Shown: positions 1-11,085 of the stretch, one piece after another
Position numbering within the stretch: the stretch's first letter is position 1
How the letters are laid out: every line of letters starts with the position of its first letter
NCBI RefSeq assembly: GCF_001194135.2
Contig: NC_068982.1
Location: 135,076,827 to 135,117,380 of the forward strand
DNA length: 40,554 nucleotides
DNA from: Octopus bimaculoides
Taxonomy: Eukaryota
Reading direction: 5' to 3'
Made by a program: the position numbers and the translations under genes
Notes under the pieces: generated by a model
Databases searched by the model: none
Told to the model about the DNA's origin: nothing
Seen by the model: only the letters and a program-made list of their open reading frames with translations

Positions 1-39
<39 letters not shown>

Positions 40-165
40 TAATATCAATCTAGTTTCTATTTTGATTACGAGAATCAAATTCCGGTGTATTCAACACTGT
101 TAATATCCAATATTCAATTTTTATCGGCCTGACGTGAGGATATTAAACATTTATTTTATTTCTGT

Positions 166-630
166 GTAGGCGTGCCTGTGTGGTAAGAAGTGTGCTAAGA
201 AGTTTGGCGGTGAGCTGGCAGACACGTTAGCGCGTCGGGCGAAATGCTTAGCGGTATTTCGTCTGCCGTTACGTTCTGAGTTCAAATTCCGCCGAGGTCG
301 ACTTTGCCTTTCATCCTTTCGGGGTCGATTAAATAAGTACCAGTTACACACTGGGGTCGATGTAATCGACTTAATCCGTTTGTCTGTCCTTGTTTGTCCC
401 CTCTGTGTGTAGCCCCTTGTGAGCAGTAAACAAATAAAGAAGTTTGCTTCCCAACCACATGATTCCATGTTCAGTCCCAACTTGGGCAAGGGTCTTTTAC
501 TATAGACGGGTAACCAAAGCGTTGTGAGTGTATTTGGTAGATGGAAATTGAAAGAAGCCTGTAATATGTATATGTATATAAGTGCATATATATATATGTA
601 TGTATGTATGTATACATATATATATATGTG
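166..630 (+). mobile_element. tRNA-headed SINE family A, 5' half, interrupted by a family B SINE (206-436) and ending in its internal TA/TG microsatellite
   Basis: GGCGTGCCTGTGTGGTAAGAAG...TTTGCTTCCCAACCACATG...TTCAGTCCCA...TTGGGCAAG...GGAAATTGAAAGAAGCC matches the reverse complement of copies at 3475-3880, 4923-5294 and 20847-21257. Confidence 0.85.
206..436 (+). mobile_element. SINE family B (tail type 2), full length, with 9-bp TSD AAGAAGTTT
   Basis: A-box-like TGGCAGACACGTT, B-box-like GAGTTCAAATTCC, central GTCGACTTTGCCTTTCATCCTTTCGGGGTCGAT; TSD at 197-205 and 437-445. Confidence 0.9.
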
Positions 631-634
631 TGTG

Positions 635-852
635 TTGTTTCAGCTTCAAACGTGCGGTCATGCTGGGGCACCACTGTTGGCTGTATTACAACATTATCTG
701 AAACCTTCTCTGATATGTGGCATTTGGTGAATGAGGGAGTTTGATGCCGCTGCCCTCATCTGTATCTTCTTCCGTTGGGTAGGCTCATCTGGAACCCTTG
801 ACAGGAGATCCAGTTTTGTTTTGAAGCCACCTACATCCACATAGGTCTCTCA

Positions 853-855
<3 letters not shown>
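635..855 (-). mobile_element. CR1-type LINE 3' end (ORF2 C-terminus and short 3' UTR)
   Basis: Minus strand translates to VDVGGFKTKLDLLSRVPDEPTQRKKIQMRAAASNSLIHQMPHIREGFR* (stop 694-696), like CR1 ORF2 C-termini (FK.KLD..L..IPDEP...RAA.SNSL); followed by tail GGTGCCCCAGCATGACCGCA...CTGAAACAA. Confidence 0.75.
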
Positions 856-886
<31 letters not shown>

Positions 887-904
887 TGTGTCTTAGTGTC
901 TACA

Positions 905-947
<43 letters not shown>

Positions 948-2223
948 TTACTACTGTTGTTGTTGTTAATGTTTGATTGTTGTTGATGTTGTATTCAGAG
1001 CTGGGCGGGCGTGGATTTTGCAGATTCGTCTGTTTCAGGAAAAGTATTACTTTTTAAATTAGACGGTTCATTTTGTACCATGTTTGTGTGGACATGTTAT
1101 ACAAAGAGGCGAGAAGTTTTTCTTGTTTTGCTTCCCATGTTAGAAAAAAAAAAGACTTATATTTTTATGTATTTATTTATTTTTTGTTATTAATCAGCTG
1201 CAGAAAATATCCGTAAATATGGCATCCATTGAAGTAGCGATAAGTAAAAAATTCCACAAAGACAGTAACAGCATGTATACTACCTAAAAAAATGTTTGAT
1301 AGATTGAGGAAATAAAAACAGAAAAAGAAATTGAATAAACTTTGATAAATGAAAGAAATAATAAGTGTTTTTCAGGATAATAGCTGTTTTGCAAGTATAG
1401 TGAGTCACAAAGAATCTTCAAAAATAGAAAAAAAGGTTGGATCCAGGAGAAAAATTAAGACATGGAGGTAATATGTTATGCGAGAGAGAACTTTCTTATT
1501 AGGGAAATGGATAGCGGAACTAATACGCTTAAAGCTAACACAAGTCTGTCTTATTCAAAAAAGAGGAGACTTCATTGTGCTTTCAAAAGAAAAGTTAAAA
1601 GAAGCCCTGGCTATGTGTGAAACGATTTGATTTCACCGACTGATTTAGAAGAGATGGAAGCTATTTCTGGCTTTTAAGTCGGAGTACGAAACGAAACCAT
1701 CTAGCAGACCGATTCCGTGCACTACACTACACTCATGCTTAAAGGCCGGTGTAAAAATATGTGAGATGGTAAAAACAAGCGTTACAACCGGAGATATTAG
1801 TACAGACAATAACATTTTGTTCGCCTTTAATTTTGCACCAAAATATGGTTGGGTTGTGAACGCAGAAGTAACAAGAATGGATGGATCTTCTTTGGTTATG
1901 CAGGTCTTTATCGTTGCCATGAGTTTCTCTGATCTTAGCTAAATGGTAGCGCCTCACCTATGTGTAGGTGAATTGTTAGTATTTGTTTCTATCTGCGTTT
2001 TATTCATATGTATTCATATATTTGCGTGAGCGTGCGTGCATGTGCATTAATCTAGTATATGTATTTTGTCTAAATTTATTTTTATTTATATTCATTTATT
2101 GACTCGGTATATCATAAAAGGTTTTGTGTCTTTTGTTCTTATATAACTTGTTTGTACATCCCACACGTTCTGTGAACATTTTTCCCTTACACCCTTTTTG
2201 ATGAACGAAATGGTGGTGGATAA

Positions 2224-2230
2224 ATGCACA

Positions 2231-2267
<37 letters not shown>

Positions 2268-2298
2268 NNNNNNNNNNGATGATAGTAATAACAATAAC

Positions 2299-2366
<68 letters not shown>

Positions 2367-2397
2367 CAATGATAATAATGATACTTATAATAATAAT
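2224..2397. repeat. (TAA)n microsatellite (10-N gap inside)
   Basis: Direct reading. Confidence 0.95.
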
Positions 2398-2925
2398 AGA
2401 AAGATAGACGCAAATAGGCCAGACATCATACTGAAAGACTTCAGACAAAAATCATGCCTCCTCGTTGATATGACTGTCCCAATCGATATAAACGTATCTG
2501 TCAAGACCTACCAAAAACTGAGCAAATATAAAGATCTTGAAATAGAAATTAGCAAAATGTGGAATCTGAAGACGAAAACAATACCTATTGTCATAGGTGC
2601 CCTGGGAATGACATCGAAACGGGCTGATTACTACCTAGCTCAGATACCAGGAAACCCCAAAATGGCTGAAGTTCAAAAGATAGTGCTCATGGGAACTGCC
2701 CATATCCTACGTAAAATACTGTCTATGTGATCTCAAATTTTAAAACAAACACATAATTTTCTTATGGTTTCTTAAACATTCACTAGAACGAAACTGTACA
2801 AATCCAAATATATGGTACCCTAGGCATAACACCTACATGAACTTCTAACTTGTTATCTCTTGAGGTCTCTGGGTGAGACTTGGATCCAACTTGTACAAAT
2901 GCAAAACAAAAGTCAAACATAAAAT
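2398..2925 (+). mobile_element. R4/Dong-type non-LTR retrotransposon, 5'-truncated (RLE endonuclease C-terminus and 3' UTR), family b
   Basis: KIDANRPDIILKDFRQKSCLLVDMTVPIDINVSVKTYQKLSKYKDLEIEISKMW...IPIVIGALG...AEVQKIVLMGTAHILRKILSM* (stop 2728-2730): PD-(D/E)xK-type RLE motif; (TAA)n on both sides. Confidence 0.92.
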
Positions 2926-2927
2926 AA

Positions 2928-2982
<55 letters not shown>

Positions 2983-3155
2983 GCAATGATAATAATGATG
3001 ATGATAATAATAATGATAATAATAATAGCAATAACAATAATAATAATAATAATAACAACAACAACAATAATGATAATAACAGCAGCAACAGCAATAATAA
3101 TAACAATGATAATAATTATAATAACAACAGCAACAACAACAACAACAATAATAAT
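2926..3155. repeat. (TAA/CAA/TGA)n degenerate microsatellite
   Basis: Direct reading. Confidence 0.95.
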
Positions 3156-3474
3156 ATTTTCTTTTATTTGTCACAGGGACATAGATGAGTGGAATATCAC
3201 AAAGGTAGTGTACTATCTGTGGGGATTTACATATAAGATGTGGGGGGGGGGGCAAGGGGAGAGAGTGCGAAATGAGATGAAAGTATACATAGTATACAAA
3301 TTATGTGATAGAATGAAGGATATAGAAGAAACCCCAGCAAGGGCCAACCAAGAAAGCTCATAGACCCAGGATTGTCCTGACCACAAACAAAATGCACCCT
3401 CGCCAAAAGTAATGGCTTCTTCTTTTAGCGACAAGGACTCGAATGATGAATTAAAATGCAATAAAAGTGATTCT

Positions 3475-3682
3475 TATTCTTTTGTTTCAGTCGTGTGACT
3501 GCGGCCATGCTGGAGCACCGCCTTTTAGTCGACCAAATCGCCCCCAGGACTTATTCTTTGGAAACTTTAGTACTTATTCTACCGCTAAGTTACGGGGAAC
3601 GTAAACACACCAGCACCAGTTGTTAAGCCATGTTGGGCGGACAAACACAGACACACAAACATGTACATACATATGTATATAA

Positions 3683-3714
<32 letters not shown>

Positions 3715-3880
3715 GTGTATGTATGTATACAACGGGCTTCTTTCAGTTTTCGTACCAAATCCACTCACAAAGCTTTGGTCGGCCCTAGGCGATAGTAGAA
3801 GACACTTGCCCAAGGTTCCACGCAGTGGGACTGAACCCGGAACCATGTGGTTGGTAAGCAAGCTACTTACCACACAGCCA
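3475..3880 (-). mobile_element. SINE family A, near full length, internal (TA)n
   Basis: Head TGGCTGTGTGGTAAGTAGCTTGCTTACCAACCACATGGTTCCGGGTTCAGTCCC; tail GGTGCTCCAGCATGGCCGCAG...CTGAAACAA. Confidence 0.9.
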
Positions 3881-4219
3881 ATATACAAAGTCGTGTGAAG
3901 TAAAACAGATACATTATATGAAGACAAGATGAGATGTGGATACACACGTGCGTGCTTTAAATTATACATGTCAGCTTATTTACAAACGTTTTCCCCTCTC
4001 AAATTGCTTAAAATGTAATTGAAAATTCATTAATCCTATGACGAATGTGTCTATAAGAGAAAGTAAATCATACAGAGTAGATATGTTTATATTACCTTAA
4101 TTCGGGACACAAGATATGCTTCGATGTGTTGGAACGCAGCAAATCGAGATATTTTAGAGATACAGTCGTATCGAAAAAAGGGACATCAATTTCATGATGA
4201 GTTAATATAGAAATAAAAG

Positions 4220-4376
4220 TCTTTACGTTCTGAGTTCAAATTCCGCCGAGGTCGACTTTGCCTTTCATCCCTTCGGGGTCGATAAATTAGGTACCAGTTG
4301 CACACCGGATTCGATATAATCGACCGACTCCCTCCCCCAAAATTTCTGGCCTTGTGCCCAGAGTAGAAAAGAATAT
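4220..4376 (+). mobile_element. SINE family B (tail type 1), 5'-truncated
   Basis: TTCTGAGTTCAAATTCCGCCGAGGTCGAC...GGCCTTGTGCCCAGAGTAGAAAAG. Confidence 0.85.
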
Positions 4377-4589
4377 GGAGATAAAAGAACGAAAGAAAAG
4401 CGAATTCCGATTTACTGAAGCTGTACAAGGCATGTAGAGTGCTCGATTGGGCAATTAAAAGATACAAAATGTTCAATACCAAAGCCATTCCCACCATACA
4501 GCCATATTTGATAAATATTTAAACTCTCATACAGACGCATGCGTACATGAGTATGCATAATGTATATGTTTACCTGTCTATATACACTG

Positions 4590-4665
4590 GGGCCGATTCG
4601 TTCGACCAAAATTCTTCAAGGTGGTGCCCCAACATGGCCGCAGTCTAACGACTGAAACAAGTAAC
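4590..4665 (+). mobile_element. Family A / CR1-type 3' tail fragment
   Basis: GGTGGTGCCCCAACATGGCCGCAGTCTAACGACTGAAACAAGTAA. Confidence 0.7.
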
Positions 4666-4836
4666 TTATATGTATAAATCATATATACATACATAACTCG
4701 TGATACAGATGTGAAAAATCGTATAGATTATATTGTATTTATGTATTCTGTTTTTTTTTATTAACATAGTCAATATATATAGATGCGTGTGTGTGAGTAT
4801 GTGTGCATTTATATGCATAGTTGATATGTGTGTGTG

Positions 4837-4891
<55 letters not shown>

Positions 4892-4922
4892 TTGAGTTAT
4901 ACATACATATATGTATGTACAT

Positions 4923-5294
4923 TCTTTTATTTGTTTCAGTCATTTGTCTGTGGCCATGCTGGAGCACTGCCTTTACGCGAACCAATCGATCCCAGGACTT
5001 ATTCTTTGTGAGCCTAGTACTTATCCTATCGGTCTCTTTTGCCGAACTGCTAAGTTACGGGGATGTAAACACACCAACATCGGTTGCCAAGCGCTGATGG
5101 AGGGGAGGGGGACAAACACAGACACACAAACACACACACATATATATATATGTATGTATACGACGGGCTTTTTTCAGTTTCCATCTACCAAATCTACTCA
5201 CAAGGCTATAGCCAGAGGCGCCATGCAGTGGGACTGAACCCAGAACCATGTGGTTGGTAAGCAAGCTATTTACCACACAGCAATGCCTGCGCCT
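4923..5294 (-). mobile_element. SINE family A with internal deletion
   Basis: Same head, body and tail as 3475-3880. Confidence 0.88.
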
Positions 5295-6010
5295 GTATAT
5301 ACAAGGTTTTTTGCGGGGAGAAAACTTGGTTGGTTTATTCAAATTCTTATATGTGAAAATATTAATTGTCAGATTTTTGTTGTATTGAGCTTAATTGATT
5401 TAAATAAATAGAATGGAATTTTAATGCTTCATTAATTGTAATTTGATGTTATTAAAACAATGCTTATTAACGTATATTTTAAATCTATTCCTTAATGAGC
5501 TCAGCAAAGCTATTCATATAAACCTGTCGTCGCCAGACAGTTTCGATCCTTCATACGTTCATGCAATTTAGAAAGCTTCCTCTTTTAATTATTATTCATA
5601 GACATTTGCATGGTACATTAGATACACAACACAATCTTATTCAAAAGGGCAATTAATTTTGTAGCTTTATCGAAATTTAATTAATATTGTTTAAATTGTT
5701 TTTTACTTCAAATTAACAAAATGTATTAACTTAATCCATTGACATCAGCTTTGTGAAATCTGCGTGAGACTTCTTTTCAATTTTATCAATAACTATTTCA
5801 AGCCAGTTTTCGTTATAGTTTGTTTCTTATGTAGAATGCGGAGGTTATTGTATAAACTCATAAATAGCCATTTCGTTTACTGATATTAGATCCCAAAACT
5901 CTAATCACCATTCTAATTATCGTAAGCAGCTTTTCACAGCCTGTTTTACAATTAACAATTAACAAGATTCTTGCCAGCAATACTGCCTGGCAATATACAA
6001 ATGAAATATA

Positions 6011-6140
6011 AGGCGACGAGCTAGCTGAATCTTAAGCACGCATCTCGTTCGTCTTTACGTTCTGCGTTCAAATTCCACCGAGGTCAACTTTGCTACCACC
6101 CTCACTCAAAATTACTGGCGTTTGCCAAAATTTGAAACCA
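6011..6140 (+). mobile_element. Degenerate SINE family B
   Basis: AAGGCGACGAGCTAGC...GTTCAAATTCCACCGAGGTCAACTTTGC. Confidence 0.7.
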
Positions 6141-6339
6141 ATATACAAATAACAAAAATACAGTACTAAACTTGAGAGTTATCAAGTAACAGTCTATGAT
6201 CCTGTACATCTTCAAGAATTCTTATATGACATTATCGCTCCACATCATTTAGGAGGTAATATCTCCCGTTTCTTGGGGGTGAGGTGGGGGTGGCGGGATC
6301 ATTGTGTAAAAGATGTTGTGTACATTTTCCTTTTTAGTC

Positions 6340-6671
<332 letters not shown>

Positions 6672-7653
6672 NNNNNNNNNNNNNNNNNNNNNNNNNNNNN
6701 NNNNNNNNNNNNNNNNNNNNNNNNNNNNNNNNNNNNNNNNNNNNNNNNNNNNNNNNNNNNNNNNNNNNNNNNNNNNNNNNNNNNNNNNNNNNNNNNNNNN
6801 NNNNNNNNNNNNNNNNNNNNNNNNNNNNNNNNNNNNNNNNNNNNNNNNNNNNNNNNNNNNNNNNNNNNNNNNNNNNNNNNNNNNNNNNNNNNNNNNNNNN
6901 NNNNNNNNNNNNNNNNNNNNNNNNNNNNNNNNNNNNNNNNNNNNNNNNNNNNNNNNNNNNNNNNNNNNNNNNNNNNNNNNNNNNNNNNNNNNNNNNNNNN
7001 NNNNNNNNNNNNNNNNNNNNNNNNNNNNNNNNNNNNNNNNNNNNNNNNNNNNNNNNNNNNNNNNNNNNNNNNNNNNNNNNNNNNNNNNNNNNNNNNNNNN
7101 NNNNNNNNNNNNNNNNNNNNNNNNNNNNNNNNNNNNNNNNNNNNNNNNNNNNNNNNNNNNNNNNNNNNNNNNNNNNNNNNNNNNNNNNNNNNNNNNNNNN
7201 NNNNNNNNNNNNNNNNNNNNNNNNNNNNNNNNNNNNNNNNNNNNNNNNNNNNNNNNNNNNNNNNNNNNNNNNNNNNNNNNNNNNNNNNNNNNNNNNNNNN
7301 NNNNNNNNNNNNNNNNNNNNNNNNNNNNNNNNNNNNNNNNNNNNNNNNNNNNNNNNNNNNNNNNNNNNNNNNNNNNNNNNNNNNNNNNNNNNNNNNNNNN
7401 NNNNNNNNNNNNNNNNNNNNNNNNNNNNNNNNNNNNNNNNNNNNNNNNNNNNNNNNNNNNNNNNNNNNNNNNNNNNNNNNNNNNNNNNNNNNNNNNNNNN
7501 NNNNNNNNNNNNNNNNNNNNNNNNNNNNNNNNNNNNNNNNNNNNNNNNNNNNNNNNNNNNNNNNNNNNNNNNNNNNNNNNNNNNNNNNNNNNNNNNNNNN
7601 NNNNNNNNNNNNNNNNNNNNNNNNNNNNNNNNNNNNNNNNNNNNNNNNNNNNN

Positions 7654-7688
<35 letters not shown>

Positions 7689-7934
7689 CTACTGAAATGT
7701 GTATACTTATATTCTTGATCTTTTGTTGTAATGAAACATAAAATACAATTGAAATAAAACTTTAACAAAGCTTGAAACAGCCTAATTATTACCAGAGATA
7801 AAACATTTATTCCACATTATATATTGTAAAGAATATTTATTCATTTATGTTATTTGTATTTACCTTGTATTAACCCCACAGAGCGGTTGTATGTTCCAGC
7901 TATTCCAATATAACTTCGGTTAACTGTCTATTTA

Positions 7935-8867
7935 TTGGGTCATCTGATAAATAATGCGTTTTTTATAAATTGCATGAGCTAAAAGTCGGAGCGGGACGAG
8001 ATAAACTACCTGCATCAACCTGTTATAAAAGCAGGAAGTAATTTTACCTTGTACTTATTCTTAGTGCAAGTTTTGAAGAGTTCTGTTCGATTTTAACAGT
8101 TATTATTTTTTTTTTCAAAGCTATAATAGAAGTGACAAATGAGCATATTCGACATATTTTACTTTATGAGTGCAATAAAGGCAACAACGCAACGGAAAGT
8201 TCGAGGAATATTAATGCAGCATATAGGGAGCGGATAATAAGCGAAAGCCAGTGTTAACGGTGGTTCCAGAAATTCCGAGTCGGAAACTATAGCCTAGAAG
8301 ATGAACATCGTTCTGGAAGCTCTGTAGAGCTCGACGAGGACGTCCTGCAAACTCTGGTGGAACAAAATCCCATCGTGACTGTTGAGGAGCTAGCAGAAAA
8401 GTTTGGATTTGGTCATTCAACCATTCATCGACACTTGTGTGCCATCGGAAAACGACCACCTTTGCTTTCGAGACGAAAGGTGTTCTTCCATCAGGATAAT
8501 ACTCGTCCACATACAGTGAGGATGACATTCCAAAGGCTGGAGCAGTTTGAATGGGAAACGATGTCCCACCCACCATATTAGCCGGACATTGCCCTATCTA
8601 ATCATCATTTAATCCGCAGTCTTCAAAATCATTTGGACGGAAAAAATATGAATTCTGTAGACGAGGTCAGAACAGTACTGGAAGAGTATTTTTCCTCACA
8701 GAGAAGTGCATTTTGGTAAAGAGGGCTTGCAAGTCTAGCAGATAGATGGAAGAGCATTGTAGAAAATGAAGGAGAGTATATTTTAAATTTTTTAAAATAC
8801 TTTGTTTATCTTAATTTAGAAAAATAAAAGAAGTATAAAAGACCGCATTATTTATGGGATGATCCGA
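7935..8867 (+). mobile_element. Mariner (Tc1/mariner) DNA transposon, internally deleted, non-autonomous
   Basis: TIRs TTGGGTCATCTGATAAATAATGCG (7935-) and CGCATTATTTATGGGATGATCCGA (-8867), each flanked by TA; 933 bp versus about 1.3 kb for typical mariners. Confidence 0.92.
8126..8790 (+). pseudogene. Mariner transposase pseudogene
   Basis: One frame: IEVTNEHIRHILLYECNKGNNATESSRNINAAY...RWFQKFRVGNYSLEDEHRSG...HSTIHRHLCAIGK|RPPLL...FHQDNTRPH...HPPY*PDIALSNHHL..SLQNHL...GLASLADRWKSIVENEGEY; three in-frame stops; WVPHEL and the first catalytic Asp region are missing. Confidence 0.93.
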
Positions 8868-9119
8868 TATTTTCCTTTTACTCTACTCCCGGCAAATTCA
8901 TTTCTAGGACGGTATTCTCTGTTCAAGTTTTTCATTGCATGATACACAAGTTTTATTTTATTATATAAAAGAAAATTAATGCAAATAAAACGACTTTTAA
9001 ACTGTCGAATTTTGTTTTAATGGGAAATATTCCTTAAAATGAAAAAAAAAAAGAAAAGAACATCGAGGTTAATAGAAAGTGCGGGCAACCCATTAATCAA
9101 TAGTACGGAGAAATATGAT

Positions 9120-9280
9120 TAACTGTAGCATCTTTGCCTTCCCGTTTTCGTCCATTACCTTTTCCGGTGTATGTTGGTACCAAGCACCCGTTATCTCAGA
9201 TCCATACTTCTAGCACAGTAGCCAGTGATGGTTTGGGGCTACTTTGTCGTGCCTGCACTTGTACTCTTTCTGCGTAAGAT
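9120..9280 (-). mobile_element. R4/Dong-type fragment (segment between zinc finger and RLE)
   Basis: Minus strand LTQKEYKCRHDKVAPNHHWLLC*KYGSEITGAWYQHTPEKVMDENGKAKML, like the R4 motif AQKEYKRRHD.VA..IHW.LC.KYG.....WYEH.PE.V.E. Confidence 0.8.
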
Positions 9281-9425
9281 TTGAATCACGTTTTCGACCT
9301 TCTTCCTAGACATTCTTTGCATTCTGAGTTTAACTCCGGCCGGGGTCAGCTCTCCTTTTCTGTGGTTGGTAAAATAAGGCACCAATCAAATACTGGGATC
9401 GATGTTATCAACTAATCTCCTTTCA

Positions 9426-9780
9426 GTTCTATATTTGAGAGATGAGGAATTCTGTACATTATTTACATTTGACGGATATTTATCCTCAACCACTACGCCA
9501 TATGCCCACGGGCATATGGCGTAGTGGTTAAGAGCGCGGGCTACTAACCCCAAGATTCCGAGTTCGATTCCAGCAGTAACCTTAATAATAATAATAATAA
9601 TAATAATATCGTCGGAAAAATACCTTCGGAATGAGAACCCAGGTTCGAAATTTCCCCGGGATACCTGAGGAAGGCTGGAGGGTATATATCAGCCAAAACG
9701 TTGTGTTAACAACAAACGAGATGAGGACAAGTATCCGTCAAATGTAAATAATGTAAATAACGTACATAATTCCTCATCTC
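9426..9780 (+). mobile_element. Composite non-autonomous retroelement: inverted mini-copy + tRNA-like Pol III head + (TAA)n + hammerhead-containing tail; 13-bp TSD
   Basis: TSD TAATCTCCTTTCA at 9413-9425 and 9781-9793; A box TGGCGTAGTGG 9517-9527; B box AGTTCGATTCC 9561-9571; 9488-9507 is the exact reverse complement of 9510-9529; about 9438-9487 is the reverse complement of 9722-9780 with a few differences. Confidence 0.85.
9660..9707 (+). ncRNA. Type I minimal (Penelope-type) hammerhead ribozyme motif, probably inactive in this copy
   Basis: Stem I GATAC(9660-64)/GTGTT(9703-07); core CTGAGGA 9665-71; stem II GGCTG(9673-77)/CAGCC(9690-94); AAAA at 9695-98 where GAAA is required; palindromic ACGT in place of stem III; putative cleavage after T9702. 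Confidence 0.6.
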
Positions 9781-10149
9781 TAATCTCCTTTCATTAAAAT
9801 TACTGAATGTTGGCCTCGAACCCTAAATTACAAACCAATTTCAAGATAGTAAGATGGTAGAATCGTTAGAGCAGCAATATTTTCTTTTTTTCACACTTTG
9901 CATTTTGAATCCAATTCCTATCGGGATCAGCTTTGCATTTCATCTTTCCAGCGTTAAGTATCGATTGTATCGACTAAACCCCTTTCCTCTACATTGCTAG
10001 CCCGTGCCCATATCAGAAACAACTATTATTATCGTTGTTCATGTTGTTTCAGCAGCTTTTGTACGCGTTCCTACCGCTCGGTCTGATGCACTGCATTCTC
10101 CTCTGGGCACGATGAATAACAATTCTTTATTGCTTTCGGAATCAGTATC

Positions 10150-10530
10150 CTTTATTTTTCGCTCGTTTGAGTCATTAGAGTGCGGCAATGCTGGGGCACA
10201 GCCCTTGAAGTATTTTAGTCGAACGAATCGAACCCTGCGCTTATTTTCCAAGCTTGATACGCATTCTATCGGTCTCTTTTGTCGAATCGCTAAGTTACGG
10301 GGACGTAAACACACTAACACCGGTTGCCAAGCGGTGTTGGGGGACAAATACAAATGCAAAGACACACACACACACACGACGGCCTTCTTTCAGTTTGCGT
10401 CTATCAAATCCACTCATATGGTTCTAGTCGGCCCGAGGCTATAGTAGAAGACATTTACCCTAGGTACCACCCAGTGAGAGCGAACCCAGAATCTTGTAGC
10501 TGGGAAGCAGACTTCATACCACACAACCAC
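10150..10530 (-). mobile_element. Diverged SINE family A
   Basis: TGCGGCAATGCTGGGGCAC...CTAAGTTACGGGGACGTAAACAC...CATACCACACAACCACGCC. Confidence 0.8.
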
Positions 10531-10834
10531 GCCTATTATAATTTAAGTATATACCGTTAAAATCCTTCTAAACTACGGTATTCATCTTGAGAAAGCATCT
10601 CTTATAGACAAATAGTGTTAAAAACACGGAAATACATCAGGAGTAGACGAAACTCATCCAGCAGCGGTCGTGGCTTTGCTAAATCCAGATTTCTGCTGAT
10701 ATATTTCTGTTGTTTTTTTTCTTAACTCTGTACCTCTATAAGAGATGCTTTGCTAAGACCAATACCACAATGTATATTCTTTAAGTATGATATACAGATA
10801 ACTAATTTGAACTAATTCTGCTTCTGTAGCTAAT

Positions 10835-11085
10835 AACGAAACCATGGTCTTAGATCGTGGTTTCGATTTTCGGACCGGGCGCTGCACTGTTTTCTTGGGC
10901 AAAACACTTCATTCCATGTTGCTCCTGTCCACTCAGTTGAAGATAAGGTAAGTTCTAGTAATAGCGGGGAAGTCAACCCTGCGAAGGACCGGCGTCCCGT
11001 TCAGGGGAGTGGCGGGGGAGTGTTGTAACCTCAGTCATTTATAGGCCACAGAAACCAGGCTAACTTCGGCTTTGCGGGTTTTTGG
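10835..11085 (+). mobile_element. Old tRNA-headed SINE with CORE-like central segment
   Basis: GGTTTCGATTTTCGG (B-box-like), TTCTTGGGCAAAACACTT...GCTCCTGTCCACTCAG (shared with 24905-24965), AACCCTGCGAAGGACCGGCGTCCCGTTCAGGGG, CACAGAAACCAGG. Confidence 0.65.

Larger units (their letters stand above)
9310..9830 (+). mobile_element. Old family B SINE split by the 9426-9780 insertion
   Basis: TTCTGAGTTTAACTCCGGCC...TACTGGGATCGATGTTATCAACTAATCTCC | AAAATTACTGAATGTTGGCCTC. Confidence 0.65.

Noticed and set aside
9129-9273. Plus-strand AG...GT exon-like segment with one open frame
   Set aside because: The minus strand encodes a recognisable R4/Dong motif, which explains the sequence better.
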